Source: Blastocatellia bacterium
GTDB taxonomy: Bacteria > Acidobacteriota > Blastocatellia > UBA7656
Length of the DNA stretch: 64,000 bases
Direction of reading: 5' to 3'
Assembly (NCBI GenBank): GCA_045807765.1
Contig: JBJMGU010000271.1
Span: forward strand, 1,200-65,199
Positions 61,523-64,000 of this stretch are shown piece after piece. Under the pieces are notes generated by a model. That model saw nothing but the letters and a program-made list of their open reading frames with translations, did not search any database and was not told the DNA's origin. Within the stretch, counting starts at the first letter, position 1; every line of letters begins with the position of its first letter. Both the position numbers and the translations under genes were made by a program.

Positions 61523-62174
61523 TCGCTTTTTCTCCGACGGCGACCGCTCGCTCTTTTAAGCGATTAAAGAAGACGGCAATCTCTTCCCAAACTTTGGTGC
61601 CGCCCGATAGGCCGCGCCAGTGCGTGCGAATCAATCCCACCAGCTTATAGCATTCATCAATCGGCACGAGATAATACTGCGCCTCATTGTAGCCGCGGGC
61701 GCTGCCGACGCGATTGACGAGCAGCGCTTCGGTATCCGGCTCTATCTGGTTGAGAATCGGGTTGGCTTGCACGATCTCGTCCCAGGCGTCGAGCGTCAGC
61801 AGCGATTCGGTCGGGCCGGCGGGACTGGGATAGAGGGCAATGACGTGCCCCGCGGGCGTGCTGTGAAAGAAGAACGCCAGATTGATCGGGATCATCAAGC
61901 TCTCCCATTGCGCATCCGACAGTTGAAAGCTCGTCAACGCGCGAATGCGCCGGGGGACGCGCCGGTATTTGGTCTCTGCCGAGCCGCTGAAGAGAATGGC
62001 GCAGGCATCACAGGCGCAGACCAGCTTGCGGCTTAAAGGTTCGATCAGGTGCGGATGATCGGCGGCCAGTTCATGGCTGCACATCTCGCACCGCTCGACC
62101 GGCGCGCGCTGGCGGATGAACTGGCGCAACGTCGCAAACGAGCTATTCGGCCCTGGTGATCGCCTCGAACTCAT
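61515..62174 (-). CDS. Cysteine-rich conserved hypothetical protein, hydrogenase-cluster associated
   Basis: 219 aa. N-terminal CEMCSHEL...LVCACDACAILF has a four-Cys metal-binding-like pattern. Confidence 0.65.
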   Translation of the reverse strand: MSSRRSPGPNSSFATLRQFIRQRAPVERCEMCSHELAADHPHLIEPLSRKLVCACDACAILFSGSAETKYRRVPRRIRALTSFQLSDAQWESLMIPINLAFFFHSTPAGHVIALYPSPAGPTESLLTLDAWDEIVQANPILNQIEPDTEALLVNRVGSARGYNEAQYYLVPIDECYKLVGLIRTHWRGLSGGTKVWEEIAVFFNRLKERAVAVGEKANA

Positions 62175-62259
62175 ATTGGTTTAGGCATCCACGAATGACA
62201 CGGAGGAGCAAAGCAGAAAGCCGGGTTCGCGTCCTTCGTGTCATTCATCGAGTTGCTGT

Positions 62260-62484
62260 TTATGACGGCGGCATATTCGGGCTATTCGGGTCTATGGGAT
62301 TGCGATCATCGGGATTGATGCTCGTTGAGTCCCTGGCCGTCGAGCCGCCAGAGGGCCGATTGTCCCCGCTTTGCTCTTTGTCGTGGCGGCCCGATTCTTT
62401 GCCTTCATCGTCAAGAAGCTCTTCGCCCTTTCTCGCACCCGGATGATGCGTCGGCGCGTCGCGTGAAGTATCGTGATCTGCCAT
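62260..62484 (-). CDS. Small acidic hydrophilic low-complexity protein (74 aa)
   Basis: Start MADHDTSRD, with AGGAGGG 7 nt upstream. Highly charged D/E/R/P/S composition. Uncertain. Confidence 0.4.
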   Translation of the reverse strand: MADHDTSRDAPTHHPGARKGEELLDDEGKESGRHDKEQSGDNRPSGGSTARDSTSINPDDRNPIDPNSPNMPPS

Positions 62485-62512
62485 AGTCATTCCCTCCTAT
62501 GCTCAAGTCCAA

Positions 62513-62580
62513 CGGATGTAGCGCAAGGCGGTTAGCTCGCGTGAGTCTCTGCGCAAGCTAACCGCCTTGCGCTACATGGT
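62513..62580 (-). terminator. Strong 23-bp perfect inverted repeat immediately downstream of the NifU-like gene
   Basis: ggatgtagcgcaaggcggttagct - cgcgtgagtctctgcgca - agctaaccgccttgcgctacatgg. It lies 15 nt after the NifU-like gene stop (62595). There is no clear U-tract. Confidence 0.55.
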
Positions 62581-62594
62581 GAAACCGCTCCAGA

Positions 62595-63137
62595 TCATCG
62601 CTTGCTCGAAGACCCGGCCAACTGCACAAGGCCGGACGGAAAGGCTTGCGCCACGCCATCTTCAACCTGGAGCGCCGTGATATCCGGGGCCGCCGCATAG
62701 ATCGCCTCTTCGACCGCCGACCGCAAGCCTTGCGCTGACGACCCGCACCCTCCAGCACTACGGTCAAGGCGCAGCCGCACCACGCCATCATGAACGCTGA
62801 GTAATTTGACCTGCGCCCCATGCGAGCGCAGCTCAGGGCGCAGCCGTTCAAGCGCCTGCGCGACGCGCGATTGCAGATCGAGCGGGTGCAGCCCATACAG
62901 CAAGAGCAGGCTGCCAACCAGATCGTCACGCCCAAGCCGGTCAATGATCGCCTGGCCCGGTTCGCCGGCTTCATAGATGATCGTCATCATGCGCTCGACG
63001 CTGGCCCCGTGAAGTTCCATGACCAGTTGAAAAAGCTCCAGGGCGCTGGTGCGCGCTCCCGTATCGGCCAGGCTCTCGATCTTGTGAACCAGCGCCTCGA
63101 TCTTCTGTATGCGTTGTTGAAACTCTTGCTCTTCCAT
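62595..63137 (-). CDS. NifU-like domain protein (C-terminal thioredoxin-like NifU fold)
   Basis: The C-terminal region RLRLDRSAGGCGSSAQGLRSAVEEAIYAAAPDITALQVEDG resembles a NifU C-terminal domain (typically CxxC). The position next to the hydrogenase large subunit is as in high-affinity-hydrogenase loci. Confidence 0.65.
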   Translation of the reverse strand: MEEQEFQQRIQKIEALVHKIESLADTGARTSALELFQLVMELHGASVERMMTIIYEAGEPGQAIIDRLGRDDLVGSLLLLYGLHPLDLQSRVAQALERLRPELRSHGAQVKLLSVHDGVVRLRLDRSAGGCGSSAQGLRSAVEEAIYAAAPDITALQVEDGVAQAFPSGLVQLAGSSSKR

Positions 63138-63146
63138 AGCGCGAGA

Positions 63147-63262
63147 TCAGAATTCAGAAGTCAGGAGCCAGAAGTCAGAATGAATTTGGAAGGCGCGATA
63201 AGCGGACTCGCTGCCGCCGACTTCCTTGTTTATTCTGACTTCTGACTTCTGGCTCCTGACTC
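63147..63262. repeat. Intergenic hairpin with stem built of CAGAAGT(CAG) units
   Basis: gaattcagaagtcaggagccagaagtcagaatgaa ... ttattctgacttctgacttctggctcctgactcc. About 26 bp of pairing. It lies between the hydrogenase large-subunit stop and the NifU-like gene start. Confidence 0.6.
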
Positions 63263-63272
63263 CTTTCTTCTT

Positions 63273-64000
63273 TCATTTCCCAACCACACCGAACATCGGC
63301 GAATGGTGCGTCTCAAGCACTTTGCCGTTGCCCAGATACATATGCACGCCGCAGGGCAGACAAGGGTCAAAGCTGCGCACGGCGCGCATGATGTCTATGC
63401 CCTTGAATTTATCCGGCCCGTTTTCCTCAAAAATCGGCGTGTTCTGCACTGCGTCTTCATAGGGGCCGGGCGTGCCGTAGATGTCACGCGGATTGGCGTT
63501 CCACGGCGTCGGCGGGTAGGGATGATAATTAGCGATCTTGCCATCGCGGATGACGACGTGATGCGACAGCACGCCGCGCACCGCTTCGTGGAAGCCGCAG
63601 CCAATCGCTTCATCCGGCACCTGAAACTCTGACCACGTCTTCGTCCTGCCGGCATGAAGCTCGCCCATCGCCTTCTCCATGAAGTAGAGCGCCGCGGCGG
63701 CGGCATAAGCCTGGAAGTAAGTCCGCGCGCGGTCGCGTTCAATCGCATTCGACCATTGCGGAACCTTCCATTCGAACTCGACTTCGGGCAAGGTCGCGGA
63801 CTTCGGCAGGTAAATTTTCACGCTGTGGCCGGTGGCTTTGATGTAGCCGATGTCGACGAGTCCGGCGAGCGCCGTTGACCAGAGCCTCGCGATTGGCCCG
63901 CCGCCGGTGTCGAGCGCCAGATGATCGCCGGTGCGCTCGTCGTACCAGCGCGGCGACATCACCCAACTATATTTGTCGTCGAAGTCGCGCTTCTGCGGGC
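63273..64000 (-). CDS. [NiFe]-hydrogenase large subunit, C-terminal part only (5' end lies beyond the window)
   Basis: C-terminal Ni-binding motif FDPCLPCGVHM (DPCxxCxxH) followed by a short extension (substrate of the maturation protease). The frame is open to position 64000 (...DKYSWVMSPRWYDERTGDHL...). Confidence 0.85.
   Translation of the reverse strand, partial: PQKRDFDDKYSWVMSPRWYDERTGDHLALDTGGGPIARLWSTALAGLVDIGYIKATGHSVKIYLPKSATLPEVEFEWKVPQWSNAIERDRARTYFQAYAAAAALYFMEKAMGELHAGRTKTWSEFQVPDEAIGCGFHEAVRGVLSHHVVIRDGKIANYHPYPPTPWNANPRDIYGTPGPYEDAVQNTPIFEENGPDKFKGIDIMRAVRSFDPCLPCGVHMYLGNGKVLETHHSPMFGVVGK

Noticed and set aside
63180-63245. Mini-ORF MNLEGAISGLAAADFLVYSDF in the loop of the CAGAAGT hairpin
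   Set aside because: 21 codons with no RBS, and it lies inside a palindromic spacer. Most likely fortuitous.

Overview
This is a GC-rich (about 62-65%) bacterial chromosomal segment that is densely coding on both strands. I cannot assign a taxon from sequence alone. The gene content is reminiscent of Acidobacteria/Actinobacteria-type soil bacteria: a [NiFe]-hydrogenase locus with a NifU-like protein and conserved hypothetical genes, luciferase-like (LLM) oxidoreductases, and a winged-helix-TM-TPR regulator.

Housekeeping and metabolic genes:
- Eukaryotic-type Ser/Thr kinase, a PilZ-domain protein, thrC, and a DUF969/DUF979-like membrane-protein pair.
- Two LLM-class oxidoreductases, a D-aminoacylase, treY plus a GH57 glycoside hydrolase, purD, and ppdK.
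- A split methylmalonyl-CoA-mutase-family enzyme (catalytic and B12-binding subunits as separate genes), an ECF sigma/anti-sigma/Spy-like module, and an aldo-keto reductase.
- A complete hypA-hypB-hypF-hypC-SIS-hypD-hypE maturation operon, a hydrogenase maturation protease, and the 3' end of a [NiFe]-hydrogenase large subunit at the right window edge.

Accessory and unusual content:
1. A three-gene minus-strand cluster (18.1-23.0 kb). It encodes a TIR-domain protein, then 8 nt downstream an nSTAND-type NTPase with a transmembrane helix and a C-terminal VanY/M15-like peptidase domain (predicted extracytoplasmic). A fused RNase H-like protein follows, flanked by a Uma2 endonuclease gene. I consider this a candidate undescribed defence or signalling system.
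2. A second STAND protein (SIR2 - NB-ARC - TPR, 1029 aa) in a low-GC island. Its TPR region is built from near-identical 126-bp tandem DNA repeats.
3. A rhodanese gene whose in-frame TGA aligns with the catalytic cysteine, making it a candidate selenoprotein.
4. A VapBC toxin-antitoxin cassette inserted between the two mutase subunit genes.
5. Several families of intergenic palindromes whose stems are built from short tandem repeats (GGGACTA; ACAGATGAAC, two copies of the same element 17 kb apart; ATGATGA; CAGAAGT).
6. A conserved ~47-nt two-hairpin element found downstream of two unrelated genes.

No rRNA, tRNA or CRISPR array was recognised.
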